Shown here in pieces: positions 20,887 through 30,253 of a DNA stretch of 64,000 nt; the first letter of the stretch is position 1, and each line of letters begins with the position of its first letter. The stretch comes from Candidatus Poribacteria bacterium (GTDB lineage: Bacteria > Poribacteria > WGA-4E > WGA-3G), in NCBI GenBank assembly GCA_965205015.1, contig OZ242029.1:1312001-1376000 (forward strand), given 5' to 3'. The position numbers were made by a program, and so were the translations under genes. A model generated the notes under the pieces. That model worked only from the letters and a program-made list of their open reading frames with translations. It made no database searches and had not been told where the DNA came from.

Positions 20887-21693
20887 TTATCTGGGGACGT
20901 TCCACCCCAATACAGGTCCACCCATTGGGATTCCGAGTCTTTCGTATCGTTCTTTGTCCTTTTTCCACCTTTTTAAGTTCGCTTTTGTGGCATCTGAGGG
21001 ATAGAGGTGGACTTCTGCCGTATAGAGTTCTATTGCTTCATCAATGGTAAGTCCGATGCCGTATCGGAATTTCTGCTTGAGTCGGAGATAGGTGCGGACT
21101 TCTGGAATATCTCCGAATTTCTTGATGAAAGGGTTGTGAGGACTCGGATTGTCTGGGTCATCCGTGAAAGGGTTAACGAGGACAAAATCTGGGGACACCT
21201 GTTTATCACGGACGGATGGGTTTTGAACGAACTCCTTACTGGCATCCACTACGGCATCAAGGATATAGGAGGGTAAATGCTCACGCACGGGGATTCCGAG
21301 TCTTTGGTACCGCTGTTTATCTGCTTTCAGATCCTTTAACATTTCCTTTGCAGCAGGGGTGGGATAGAGGTGGACTTCTGCCGTATAGAGTTCTATTGCC
21401 TCATCAATGGTAAGTCCGATGCCGCGTCCAAGTTTTTGCTTCAATCGGAGATAGGTGCGGACTTCTGGAATATCTCCAAATTTCTTGATGAAGGGGTTGT
21501 GAGGACTCGGATTGTTTGGATCATCCGTGAGCGGGTTAACGAGGGCAAAATCTGGCGATACCCGTTTATCACCGGTGGGTGGGTTTTGAAGGGGCTCCTT
21601 GACACGCCTTGCACTGCAACCGGACAGCAGGGTTATAAAAATAACAAAAAAAATCAAGTTCGCGGGGGTCGCTTCCGTAGTCGTTTCATCCAT
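20887..21693 (-). CDS. hypothetical lipoprotein with a recent 363-bp internal duplication (start uncertain)
   Basis: Lipobox LSGC; two near-identical 121-aa units containing FIKKFGDIPEVRTY...AEVHLYP. Confidence 0.65.
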   Translation of the reverse strand: MDETTTEATPANLIFFVIFITLLSGCSARRVKEPLQNPPTGDKRVSPDFALVNPLTDDPNNPSPHNPFIKKFGDIPEVRTYLRLKQKLGRGIGLTIDEAIELYTAEVHLYPTPAAKEMLKDLKADKQRYQRLGIPVREHLPSYILDAVVDASKEFVQNPSVRDKQVSPDFVLVNPFTDDPDNPSPHNPFIKKFGDIPEVRTYLRLKQKFRYGIGLTIDEAIELYTAEVHLYPSDATKANLKRWKKDKERYERLGIPMGGPVLGWNVPR

Positions 21694-23096
21694 CTTTGCG
21701 CCTTCGTGATGTTGGTGTCAAAGGGTTCCTTCATCTCAAAATACTCTGTATGTCCCGCATATATTTGATGCCAATCGACGATACAAGGCATCCTGTATTG
21801 GGTGAGGGTCCGCATGAGGAATGCTCGGACTTTGGCACGGGTATCTTGGGGTGCGTTGTCAATAGCGTGCTGAATGTGTTCATCGGTGACAACGCGCTGC
21901 ATTTGTCCCTGCTCCTCCAGTGCGTAGTAGAGTCCGCTTTCGGTATGGATGTTATGATATTCTAAATCTTGACTTTTAATCCAAGGGTCTTCCCAATCCA
22001 ATTTTTCTTCATCAATGAAAGCTTCAAGGAGCCATTTCTTTGCCGCCCAATCGACGCGATCGATAACATTTAGCCAATCATCTTCGAGCTCATTAAGGAT
22101 AGACTCCCATGCCGCAAGCACCCATTCGGTTTCCTCGTCACGATCGGTAACCAAAGCCTGAACGAAGTTAAGATACTCTCTCTGTAAATCAACGGCAGAG
22201 ATCGTTTTTCCGGATTTCAGTTCGACGCGCCAGGTGAAGGTATTATCGCGTGAGATGTGTCGAATCGCGTAGACGGGATCGGCGAGTTCAAAACCCGGGA
22301 GCGGCAATTTTTCGCCATGCATCTCGTAGAATATTTCAATAGCAGAGAGCAAAAGTGCAGTCGTGCCGACCTTCAGGGCGGTTGCGTACTCTGACATATT
22401 GGAATCCCCAACGAGAAGATGGAGACGCCGATATTTCGTATAATCACTGAGGGGTTCGTCTCGTGTATTGATGATGGCGCGACTGAACTGGATCCATTCG
22501 TATATTTCAGTAACGATGTGATCAGCGCGCTGCGAGATTTGATAGTATTGTTGCTCAGCAAGTTCGTCGTGAAAATCGCCGAATTCAATCATTTCATCAT
22601 ACGCCCCCACTCTGCCCGCCCCTGCATAAATCTGGCGTGTAACGAAGAAGGGCATCAGTGTCGGGATAACAACACGGTAAAAGGGAACGTCTCGACTGAT
22701 TTGGAAGTTTTCGTGACATCCAAAGGTTGCACCTGTAAAATGATCGATATTATTTTTGAAAAATGCCGTAGGTAACCCTGTATCTGTAAGGATATTGTTG
22801 ATAACCTGTTCAATGGCTTTGTCGTAAGCGATAAGGTCAAAAAGCGTACCGCATTCGGGTGTAGCGTACTCCAGATGCCCCATATCAATGTAGAGACGTC
22901 CTCCATTGTACAGGAACCCACCGTTGCCCGGAGGTTCACCCCAGTCTCGGTAGTGAATATCCCGAAGCCCGAGTTCCAACACATCGAAAACATAATCCCG
23001 TACGCGTGCCGCAACACCCTCAGAGGTGCCACGAATCCGTTCGGCATCCGTCATGCATCCGAATTCAGTTTCGATCCCAAAAATTCTTTTTTTCAT
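21654..23096 (-). CDS. pafA: PafA-like ligase of the UBact/Pup conjugation system
   Basis: RIFGIETEFG, NGGRLYIDMGHLEYATPEC, GCHENF, RRLHLLVGDSNMSE and DLEYH; last core gene of the proteasome operon. Confidence 0.88.
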   Translation of the reverse strand: MKKRIFGIETEFGCMTDAERIRGTSEGVAARVRDYVFDVLELGLRDIHYRDWGEPPGNGGFLYNGGRLYIDMGHLEYATPECGTLFDLIAYDKAIEQVINNILTDTGLPTAFFKNNIDHFTGATFGCHENFQISRDVPFYRVVIPTLMPFFVTRQIYAGAGRVGAYDEMIEFGDFHDELAEQQYYQISQRADHIVTEIYEWIQFSRAIINTRDEPLSDYTKYRRLHLLVGDSNMSEYATALKVGTTALLLSAIEIFYEMHGEKLPLPGFELADPVYAIRHISRDNTFTWRVELKSGKTISAVDLQREYLNFVQALVTDRDEETEWVLAAWESILNELEDDWLNVIDRVDWAAKKWLLEAFIDEEKLDWEDPWIKSQDLEYHNIHTESGLYYALEEQGQMQRVVTDEHIQHAIDNAPQDTRAKVRAFLMRTLTQYRMPCIVDWHQIYAGHTEYFEMKEPFDTNITKAQRWMKRLRKRPPRT

Positions 23097-23120
23097 TTTT
23101 AATTTTACTTTAAAGGGAAA

Positions 23121-23891
23121 TTATGGGAGTGCGGTTTCAATTTCTTGAGAAGTCAGCAGACGAAATTTACTCGTACCGCGCTGCGCAGTTTCCAAAACCC
23201 CTGCCTCAATTTCACCGTCTTCCCGTGCAAGATTAATAATTTCGTGCATTTGGGCAGTATCTATCTGGGTCTCCTCCGATTCAGCCTCCTCGGGTTCCCG
23301 GGAACTCAATTCTCTACCCACTGCCCACGCTTCTAAACCCAACTGGAGTGCAGCGGTTAAATCTCTGTCGGTATCTGCAGAAGCAGTCGTGAGATAGTTT
23401 TGCATTCCCGTCTCGATTGCCTCTGTACCACCGATAACGGTAGCGGTTGTGTCTGTTCGGACATTCCCGTCGTAGTTGATACAGGTAAAACGGTTTTTAT
23501 CATCCGTGCTGCCGAGTTCAGCGAGCAACATTTTAATGATATATGCTTCACCGACAATCGACTCAAACGCTTGTTTAAAAGTATGTGCCAAGACAAAGTT
23601 CGTGAGTCGGTGTAGGTTCACGTCCTCGGTGGCATTTTGAAAACCTTGGACGCTGGCGGTGTCGGTAACAAGCATTCGGAGGCGTTCAATATCGGCAGGG
23701 TGCCCGATTGCGGAGAGTGCGATTCGGTCATGCACCTCAAAAATTTTGCGTTGTCCTCTACCAATGGTAAGCAGGACCATACCCTCGTTATAGGTAAGTC
23801 CTACAACGGGACTCCCAGCGCGGAGTTGGTCTTCAATGTAATCTCGTCGGTCCTGGATGGCTTCTATCCAGCGATACGGTTCATCTCGCAT
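23121..23891 (-). CDS. prcA: 20S proteasome alpha subunit
   Basis: GSPVVGL and RKIFEVHDRIALSAIG; operon position. Confidence 0.88.
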   Translation of the reverse strand: MRDEPYRWIEAIQDRRDYIEDQLRAGSPVVGLTYNEGMVLLTIGRGQRKIFEVHDRIALSAIGHPADIERLRMLVTDTASVQGFQNATEDVNLHRLTNFVLAHTFKQAFESIVGEAYIIKMLLAELGSTDDKNRFTCINYDGNVRTDTTATVIGGTEAIETGMQNYLTTASADTDRDLTAALQLGLEAWAVGRELSSREPEEAESEETQIDTAQMHEIINLAREDGEIEAGVLETAQRGTSKFRLLTSQEIETALP

Positions 23892-23896
23892 ATTTT

Positions 23897-23981
23897 AATT
23901 TTTCCTTGCGGTTCGATCAGGGGCGTTTGAATGATGACATGCGCTCCCGTATATCCGTCCTCCACTACGTTACGGACTACG
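23897..23981 (+). repeat. ~85-bp dispersed element (AATTTTTCCTTGCGG ... CCTCCAYTACRTTACGGACTACG)
   Basis: Same head and tail at 32030-32115; head repeated again near 32148. Confidence 0.65.
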
Positions 23982-24026
23982 CTAAAAGAACGGCACCAAA
24001 GTTTTCACAAGCAGCCTCGCTTCAAG

Positions 24027-24881
24027 TTATGCTTGCTCTGGTTGTGCTTCAGCGTAACATGCCTCCAAGTCATCATCGGAAATATTTTCAACGCCGGTGC
24101 GTGTTACAGTCTTGAGATTTGGAAAAATTTGTGCTCTTGCGTTGTAACCGCTTGTGGCGGCATCGTACTCGCTTGCTGTGTCCAAGAGGCGTAAGATCGT
24201 GATGGTCGCCTGACGCTCATCCATCTCTTTCAAGGGTGTATCACCGAACCGAGAGAGATAACGTAACACGCCGCGGATCCAGATGGAGCCGGAACCGGTC
24301 GTGGCAAAATTGACGTTTTCAAAGTGTGCCCCGAGTGCGTCATAGAAAAAAATTTTTCCGCCATTCTCATCATCAGCGGCATTCAAATCGTAGAGGGCAA
24401 AGATCGGGATAACACCTCCAATGCCTTGAAGTGCCATCGGCAGATTTTCTCGGATGAGCCGCGAGAGCATCCGGAGCTTGCCTTCAAGACTCAACTCTTG
24501 GAGCTGGCTGCGGCGAAAGTATTGAAACGAGTGCTCCAGTATTCTGGCGATCTCATAAGCGATTGCGGGTGACCCTGAAATTGCGAGCACAGAATGCCTA
24601 TCGATCTGCAAAACCTTCTCTGCCCGATCATAGATGACAGAAGTGCCAGCGGTAGCACGCCGGTCCCCTGCGATCATAACGCCATCTCGGTAACGAACAG
24701 CGACAACAGTCGTACTATGTGCTATCTCAATGTCAACACCGTGCCGTGTCGTTTCCGCGGGCACATCTATCTTCAAGGGATAGTTTGCGTGCTTTAAGAG
24801 GTTGAGGAAGTCACCTTTATGGTTGATGCTTTCCTGTAGCCGCGCGTCCATTCGATTCAGAAAATTGCCGTTATCGCTCAT
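24027..24881 (-). CDS. prcB: 20S proteasome beta subunit with propeptide
   Basis: HS|TTVVAV (Thr1), AGDRRAT, K33 in AEKV and TGSGS motif. Confidence 0.92.
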   Translation of the reverse strand: MSDNGNFLNRMDARLQESINHKGDFLNLLKHANYPLKIDVPAETTRHGVDIEIAHSTTVVAVRYRDGVMIAGDRRATAGTSVIYDRAEKVLQIDRHSVLAISGSPAIAYEIARILEHSFQYFRRSQLQELSLEGKLRMLSRLIRENLPMALQGIGGVIPIFALYDLNAADDENGGKIFFYDALGAHFENVNFATTGSGSIWIRGVLRYLSRFGDTPLKEMDERQATITILRLLDTASEYDAATSGYNARAQIFPNLKTVTRTGVENISDDDLEACYAEAQPEQA

Positions 24882-25078
24882 TACTCACCCGTTCTTTGGC
24901 GGTAACGTCTGGACTGATCTTTGTCAACCCGACGCATCCGTTTGAGGAGTTCTTGTGTATCGGGCCGACTGACTTTCTGTCGTTTGGGTCCCTCGTTATC
25001 GCCATCACCATCACCGGGTCCGATGGGTTTGGTGTCTCTTTGCTTCCGTTCGAGTTGAGCAATCATCTTGGCTGTCAT
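24881..25078 (-). CDS. ubact: UBact ubiquitin-like modifier (65 aa)
   Basis: AGGAGA RBS; short charged low-complexity protein ending YRQRTGE, matching UBact R[ST]G[EQ] rather than Pup GG[EQ]; lies between dop and prcB. Confidence 0.9.
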   Translation of the reverse strand: MTAKMIAQLERKQRDTKPIGPGDGDGDNEGPKRQKVSRPDTQELLKRMRRVDKDQSRRYRQRTGE

Positions 25079-25094
25079 TTTATGTCTCCTTTTT

Positions 25095-26621
25095 TTATCG
25101 ATGCAATTTTTCAATGAGCGTCTCAACGTTTGGGGATTGATCGAGTACCTCGTTATATTGACGTGCGATCGCTGCATCGGCGAGGGCATTTAGACTGACT
25201 TCGCGGGTGCGTCCGTTTACCGTGAAAGTAATACTATCCCACTGGATAGCCTTTATGGCACTGCTGAATCGATCTACAGCGCGTCCGCGGAAGTATGCCC
25301 GTGTGTCGGCAGGTGGATTATGGAGCGCGGCATCAATCTGTTCATCCGTAACGAGGCGCCGCATCGGAATCCCATAGTATAGTCCTTCATCGAGAGCGAT
25401 GTTGTGATATTCTAAATCCAAGCTTTGGAGCCATGGGTCATCCCAGGCGACTCCCTCTTCCTCAGCAAACGTTTCAAGCAGCCATTTCTTGGCGACCCAA
25501 TCCAGTCGATCCGTGAGTGACATTGGGTCCCCCTCAAGTGCGTTGAGGGTATCTTCCCACTCGGTGAGCACCCAGTCCGTTTCAGGTAGGAACGCGGTAC
25601 CCTCGCTATTCGCGAGATGCTTCTGTGCGAGGGCAAGATACTCCCGTTGATGGTCAACGGCGGACATTGTTTTCCCTTCTGCCGTCGTTACTATCCAACG
25701 ATACGTCTGGTCATGCGATACAGTTTTGATGGTATCAATCGGGTTAACGAGTGCTAACTCCGCTGGAACCCTCCGCTGTTCAATCAAAGTAATCACGAGT
25801 GCTGTCGTGCCGACTTTGAGTGCCGTTGCGTATTCGGACATATTTGCATCTCCGGCGATGCCGTGCAACCTACGATATTTCGAGGCATCCGCATGCGGTT
25901 CATCTCGCGTGTTGACGATAGGTCGGTTATGCATCGTATCCACACTCGCCTCGACGTGAAAGAAATCGGACCGTTGCGATAACTGGTAGTGTCCTGGTGT
26001 GGCGAGCCCGGCTTCCGTTTCAATCCCGATCTTTCCTGCCCCTGCGAAGATTTGGCGTGTGATAAAGAACGGCATGATACCTTGCTTGAGCGTTTCAAAC
26101 GGCACTTCGCGTGCCATCAAGTAGTTATCGTGGCACCCGTAACTATGCCCATGGAAATCGGTATTATTCTTGTATAAAAGCACCCGTTTTCCGAGTTTCT
26201 GACTGCGTGTTTCGGCACACCGTTGAAGGATGCGTTCGCCGGCTTTATCATGTGCGACGAGGTCAAAGAGACTCTTGCATTCAGGCGTTGAATACTCCGG
26301 ATGTGCGTGGTCGTTGTAGAGTCGCGCCCCATTGGCGAGAATATGATCGCTTTTGATTTCAGCGAAAGAGAGTCGCTCTTTCGTATTGCGTTTCCGGTCG
26401 CGTTCCTCCTCCTCCTTCTCATCAGGATGATTAGAAAGGGTGTTTGCCCGAAAGCCGCGTTCATCTCGAAACGGATCCTCACCGCGGTAGTCCCACACGG
26501 GTCGAAAATCTGCTTGTCGATAACTTTTTATGAGCTCAATAGACTGCTTGACGGCATCAAGGTGCGCTTCGTTTTCGAGTGTTATTCCGTATTCAGTTTC
26601 GATTCCAAAAAGTCTTTCCAT
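25095..26621 (-). CDS. dop: Dop-like deamidase/deconjugase
   Basis: RLFGIETEYG, NGARLYNDHAHPEYSTPEC, GHSYGCHDNY and NTRDEPHAD. Confidence 0.9.
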   Translation of the reverse strand: MERLFGIETEYGITLENEAHLDAVKQSIELIKSYRQADFRPVWDYRGEDPFRDERGFRANTLSNHPDEKEEEERDRKRNTKERLSFAEIKSDHILANGARLYNDHAHPEYSTPECKSLFDLVAHDKAGERILQRCAETRSQKLGKRVLLYKNNTDFHGHSYGCHDNYLMAREVPFETLKQGIMPFFITRQIFAGAGKIGIETEAGLATPGHYQLSQRSDFFHVEASVDTMHNRPIVNTRDEPHADASKYRRLHGIAGDANMSEYATALKVGTTALVITLIEQRRVPAELALVNPIDTIKTVSHDQTYRWIVTTAEGKTMSAVDHQREYLALAQKHLANSEGTAFLPETDWVLTEWEDTLNALEGDPMSLTDRLDWVAKKWLLETFAEEEGVAWDDPWLQSLDLEYHNIALDEGLYYGIPMRRLVTDEQIDAALHNPPADTRAYFRGRAVDRFSSAIKAIQWDSITFTVNGRTREVSLNALADAAIARQYNEVLDQSPNVETLIEKLHR

Positions 26622-26723
26622 TTTTTTAAAGCCATCAGCCATCAGCGGTTCGCCATCAGCAAAGCGGTAAGCGTATCAGAAATACGCTTCTCTTTGCTGA
26701 CAGCCGATAACCGATCGCCATTC

Positions 26724-28544
26724 CTAAATGACGCGTGATCCGGAGGCTCTGCGTCGCTCCTGTTTTTCAGCCTGAATAGGCGTAACTTTGACAACGTTTG
26801 CTGGATCGTAATCCAGGAGTTTAAGCCAGTCCTCAGTCGCCTCAGTCGGTGGGAAGATTTCGCTTTCGCCATACTCCGCGGCGAGTGCGTCGAACAGGTC
26901 CGCGCGCGTGATACCACTTTCCTTCTCTGGATTCTGAATCGCACGTTTGAGTGCGGATTCCTTCGCCCGCTGCACAATTGACTCAATAATTGCCCCGCTG
27001 CAGAGATGTCCCTTATAGAGGATATCGCGTCTGCCACTCCTGAGAGACACTTCAAGGAATCGGTTGTCTTCGTCTTCACGGAACATCTCATCAACGACCT
27101 GTGCGATAAGATCCGCAACGGCTTTCTCAGCCGGGATCACTTCGGGGGGTGTTTCACCTTCTCCTGTTTCGGTATCGTTCCCGTCATCAAGGAGCGAAGC
27201 GATGGGGAGTTCAGGGGTGAGATAGATACGGAAGATATCCTTCGCAGCCTCTGCCTTTGGACGCGTTACTTTAATTTTTCTATCAATGCGCCCTGGACGT
27301 AAAATGGCAGGGTCAATCAGGTCAGGACGGTTTGTTGCCAAGATAATGACGACATCCTGCAGAGATTCAATACCGTCCATCTCAGCACAAAACATCGGGA
27401 CCAGTGTGTTCGAGATACTGTGGGATCTGAGTGCGCGGCGCGTCCCCAATATTGACTCCGCTTCATCGATAAAGACGAACGCCAGTTTTCCATCTTCTTT
27501 TTTCTCACGGGCAATCTGAAAAATTTCTCGTACCTTCCGTTCAGATTCACCGAGCCACATGTTGAGAATTTCAGGTCCCTTGATATGTAGGAAACACCCT
27601 TCGACATCCTCACCGCTTTCCCGTCGGAGTCGCTGCGTTAAGTTGTAAGCGGTCGCTTTCCCAATGAGTGTTTTCCCACATCCTGGAGGCCCATGGAGCA
27701 GGAACCCTTTCGGTGCACTATACTGGAACCGTTCAAAAAGTTCAGGGTGCAGGATCGGAAGTTCAATCGTATCCTTAATGCGTTGGATCGTATCGTCAAG
27801 TCCGCCGACCTTTGACCACGGTATATTCGGCACAGCCTCAAGGGCGTACGCGTCTGTCTCTTTCGCGGCGATATGTTCAAGGGCGACACGGAAGTTGGCG
27901 TCAATCCGAACCTCATCCCCGGGCTTGAGTTTCGCATCGACGAGGTCTGTGGAGCGTTCAAGAATAACCGTTTGTGCGTTCGGTTCTTGACCGATACGGA
28001 GCCGTCCATCTGGCATGACATCGGCTATCTTCGCGATAGGTCCCGCATCGTTGTATCCGAGTTCGCCGACAACGACAAAAGCGTCGTTCAACAGGATGCT
28101 GAACCCCTTTTTAAGGTTGGGCGCTTCGAGCTCCGGATCAATGTTCGCATAGTATTCGGAGCCACCGACGATGACGCGGGCGATATCCTCTTTGGGCAAT
28201 CCGAGTAAGGTTCCGATCCGATTCGCGGGTGCGGTGAGCTTCTCAATCTGCTCCTCCATCTCCGCGTGGATACGGACGGCTTCCTGCTGAATCGCGCGGA
28301 GCCTCTCCTGAAATTCGCCTTCGTCGTTGAGAATAGAGCGACGGAGTTCCATGAGCCAGCGACGGCGCCGGTCATCTACCGGGGTATCGGCAATAATGTG
28401 GTGAATTAACTGTAACGAATAGCCGGAACCCATTGCGTCCTCTTCGGGCGAGAGTTCCTCTTCAAGTTCCTCGTCATCTTCAATAAACAGGTCGTTCCCA
28501 TCGGGACCTGGACCAGTAGTTTTACGATTCTTCTTATCGTACAT
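26724..28544 (-). CDS. arc: proteasome-associated AAA+ ATPase (ARC/Mpa)
   Basis: N-terminal coiled coil and OB region; Walker A GPPGCGKT; IKGPEIL; Walker B FIDEAE; SRH ATNRPDLIDPAILRPGRID. Confidence 0.93.
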   Translation of the reverse strand: MYDKKNRKTTGPGPDGNDLFIEDDEELEEELSPEEDAMGSGYSLQLIHHIIADTPVDDRRRRWLMELRRSILNDEGEFQERLRAIQQEAVRIHAEMEEQIEKLTAPANRIGTLLGLPKEDIARVIVGGSEYYANIDPELEAPNLKKGFSILLNDAFVVVGELGYNDAGPIAKIADVMPDGRLRIGQEPNAQTVILERSTDLVDAKLKPGDEVRIDANFRVALEHIAAKETDAYALEAVPNIPWSKVGGLDDTIQRIKDTIELPILHPELFERFQYSAPKGFLLHGPPGCGKTLIGKATAYNLTQRLRRESGEDVEGCFLHIKGPEILNMWLGESERKVREIFQIAREKKEDGKLAFVFIDEAESILGTRRALRSHSISNTLVPMFCAEMDGIESLQDVVIILATNRPDLIDPAILRPGRIDRKIKVTRPKAEAAKDIFRIYLTPELPIASLLDDGNDTETGEGETPPEVIPAEKAVADLIAQVVDEMFREDEDNRFLEVSLRSGRRDILYKGHLCSGAIIESIVQRAKESALKRAIQNPEKESGITRADLFDALAAEYGESEIFPPTEATEDWLKLLDYDPANVVKVTPIQAEKQERRRASGSRVI

Positions 28545-28819
28545 TTGAACGTCTCCTCAGACAGCAGCGGATGACTTTACGATAGAGTTTACCACATTTC
28601 CCACAATTTTACGAATATTTATTTAGAACCTGCTCAAATTGGGAAATACCGTGATAATTTGCAATAGTTTAGCACAATTTGCAACACGGATGCAACAAAA
28701 AAACAAGTTTGAAGGGAATTTCGAGGAAAGGTAGCGTAATTTGGGAAAATCGGAGGATAGAACAGAAGCACTTTGATAACGGAAAACCAACGCAATGATC
28801 TTGAAGATAACCAACGATT

Positions 28820-30181
28820 GTCACTTACCCCCATTTTTTTTCGAGAGTAGATTGTAGTTGATGTAGTCAGGTTTTTCTGTGAGAAAGTCAGTCAGTGAGT
28901 GGGTCCGAAAAGTGGATCCCCTCTGGCACCTATCTCGGTGAAAAAGGAGATAAGAAAGTGTTGGTTCCATAAGTCGGTGAGCACGCGTTTGATAATAGTA
29001 ATAACAGAAAAAGTTTTTCTGTTATTACTATTATATGCCCTCTGCCAATGCGTAGAGGCGACCTTCTCGTAACTGATAAACAGCAATCCATAAGCGAGGC
29101 AGGCACATAACCAAAGGACCTCCAGACGCGCTTGTGTCGGTTTTTTCAAGACGAGTTTACCAAATCCGAAGCACGACTTTATATCTCGAAACCCGTGTTC
29201 AATCTGCATGCGGCGTTTGTAGCAGTGATGTATCTGATGTCCACTGAGGCGATTGGAGATAAGATACATCGGGTCTTTGAAGGTCTCATCTCTGAGGATA
29301 TAGAGTTGAAGCGGTATCTGCTCCTGCGCCTGATAAAGGATATGCCGATACCAGCCCGCTTCGAGGTCATCAAGTTTCTTCAGACTCCCATCATGCCGGA
29401 TACCGACATTTCTCGCAACACGCATCACGAACGGGATATCCCGTGCCTTGAGAAACTTGATGACGTATCGCGCACGCCCAAAACCACGGTCAAACACCAG
29501 AACAGGTCGTTGTTGATGCCGCGACACCACCCCTAAAGCCTCTTGATAAACATGGACACAGAAGTATTGGATAATCTCATTATGACTCTTATAGATACCC
29601 TCGTGAAGCTGGTGATCGCTATAGATGAACCAAAAGACAGGGATCGCACGATGCCGAAACGGGATCGAAACAACAAGGGCTTTCCACCCGGCAATCAGAG
29701 ACGTCTCATCAACGAGCAAATACAGATGAGCACCCGCATCCTTGAAAAACCAACCCACAACCGACACGAACCACGCTTCTTTGAGCGCATCAATCGGCAG
29801 TGGGGTGTCAAGGAAACGCAGAAACCTTTTCTGTTTCGACTTCTCCCGCTTGACGACGAGCGACAAACGCGACGCAACTTCATTGATCCGAAACGTCGGG
29901 GCAACACTGATCGCTATCAAGACCAATACCAGATTCCGAAAAACCGGTTTTTTCATACCAACAGACTTGAAGATTTCTCCAAAACGTGTTATCATCGTTT
30001 CTGGATTTACCCGTTTTGGGTATCTCTTTTTCATAAAATACCTCCTTACATGTTTTGTAAAATGCGTTTACAAACAGTTGCTGTAAGGAGGTATTTTATC
30101 ATAAACCCACTGAGTTTCTCACACTTTTTACAACTAAAACCTTTCACCACAAACCTTCAGAAAAAAATGGGGGTAAGTGAC
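28820..30181 (-). mobile_element. IS4-family insertion sequence, copy 2 (1362 bp)
   Basis: Same TIRs and identical transposase as copy 1; 9-bp TSD CCAACGATT at 28811-28819 and 30182-30190. Confidence 0.95.
28892..30034 (-). CDS. IS4-family DDE transposase (identical protein to 8481-9623)
   Basis: Identical 380-aa translation. Confidence 0.9.
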   Translation of the reverse strand: MKKRYPKRVNPETMITRFGEIFKSVGMKKPVFRNLVLVLIAISVAPTFRINEVASRLSLVVKREKSKQKRFLRFLDTPLPIDALKEAWFVSVVGWFFKDAGAHLYLLVDETSLIAGWKALVVSIPFRHRAIPVFWFIYSDHQLHEGIYKSHNEIIQYFCVHVYQEALGVVSRHQQRPVLVFDRGFGRARYVIKFLKARDIPFVMRVARNVGIRHDGSLKKLDDLEAGWYRHILYQAQEQIPLQLYILRDETFKDPMYLISNRLSGHQIHHCYKRRMQIEHGFRDIKSCFGFGKLVLKKPTQARLEVLWLCACLAYGLLFISYEKVASTHWQRAYNSNNRKTFSVITIIKRVLTDLWNQHFLISFFTEIGARGDPLFGPTH

Positions 30182-30193
30182 CCAACGATTAAC

Positions 30194-30222
30194 TTGACTT
30201 CTGCCAACCCGTATGTTAGGAT
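30194..30222 (+). promoter_or_regulatory. sigma70 promoter of the acyl-CoA ligase gene
   Basis: TTGACT-17-TAGGAT with TG extension, starting 3 bp after the IS target duplication. Confidence 0.65.
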
Positions 30223-30253
30223 AGGGGCAAAATAACAGCAGGAGAAACACTAT

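Noticed and set aside
24881-25189. Pup, or the 102-aa ORF as annotated
   Set aside because: The C-terminus is RTGE, not GGE/GGQ, so it is UBact. The RBS supports the start at 25078, and the longer frame overlaps dop.
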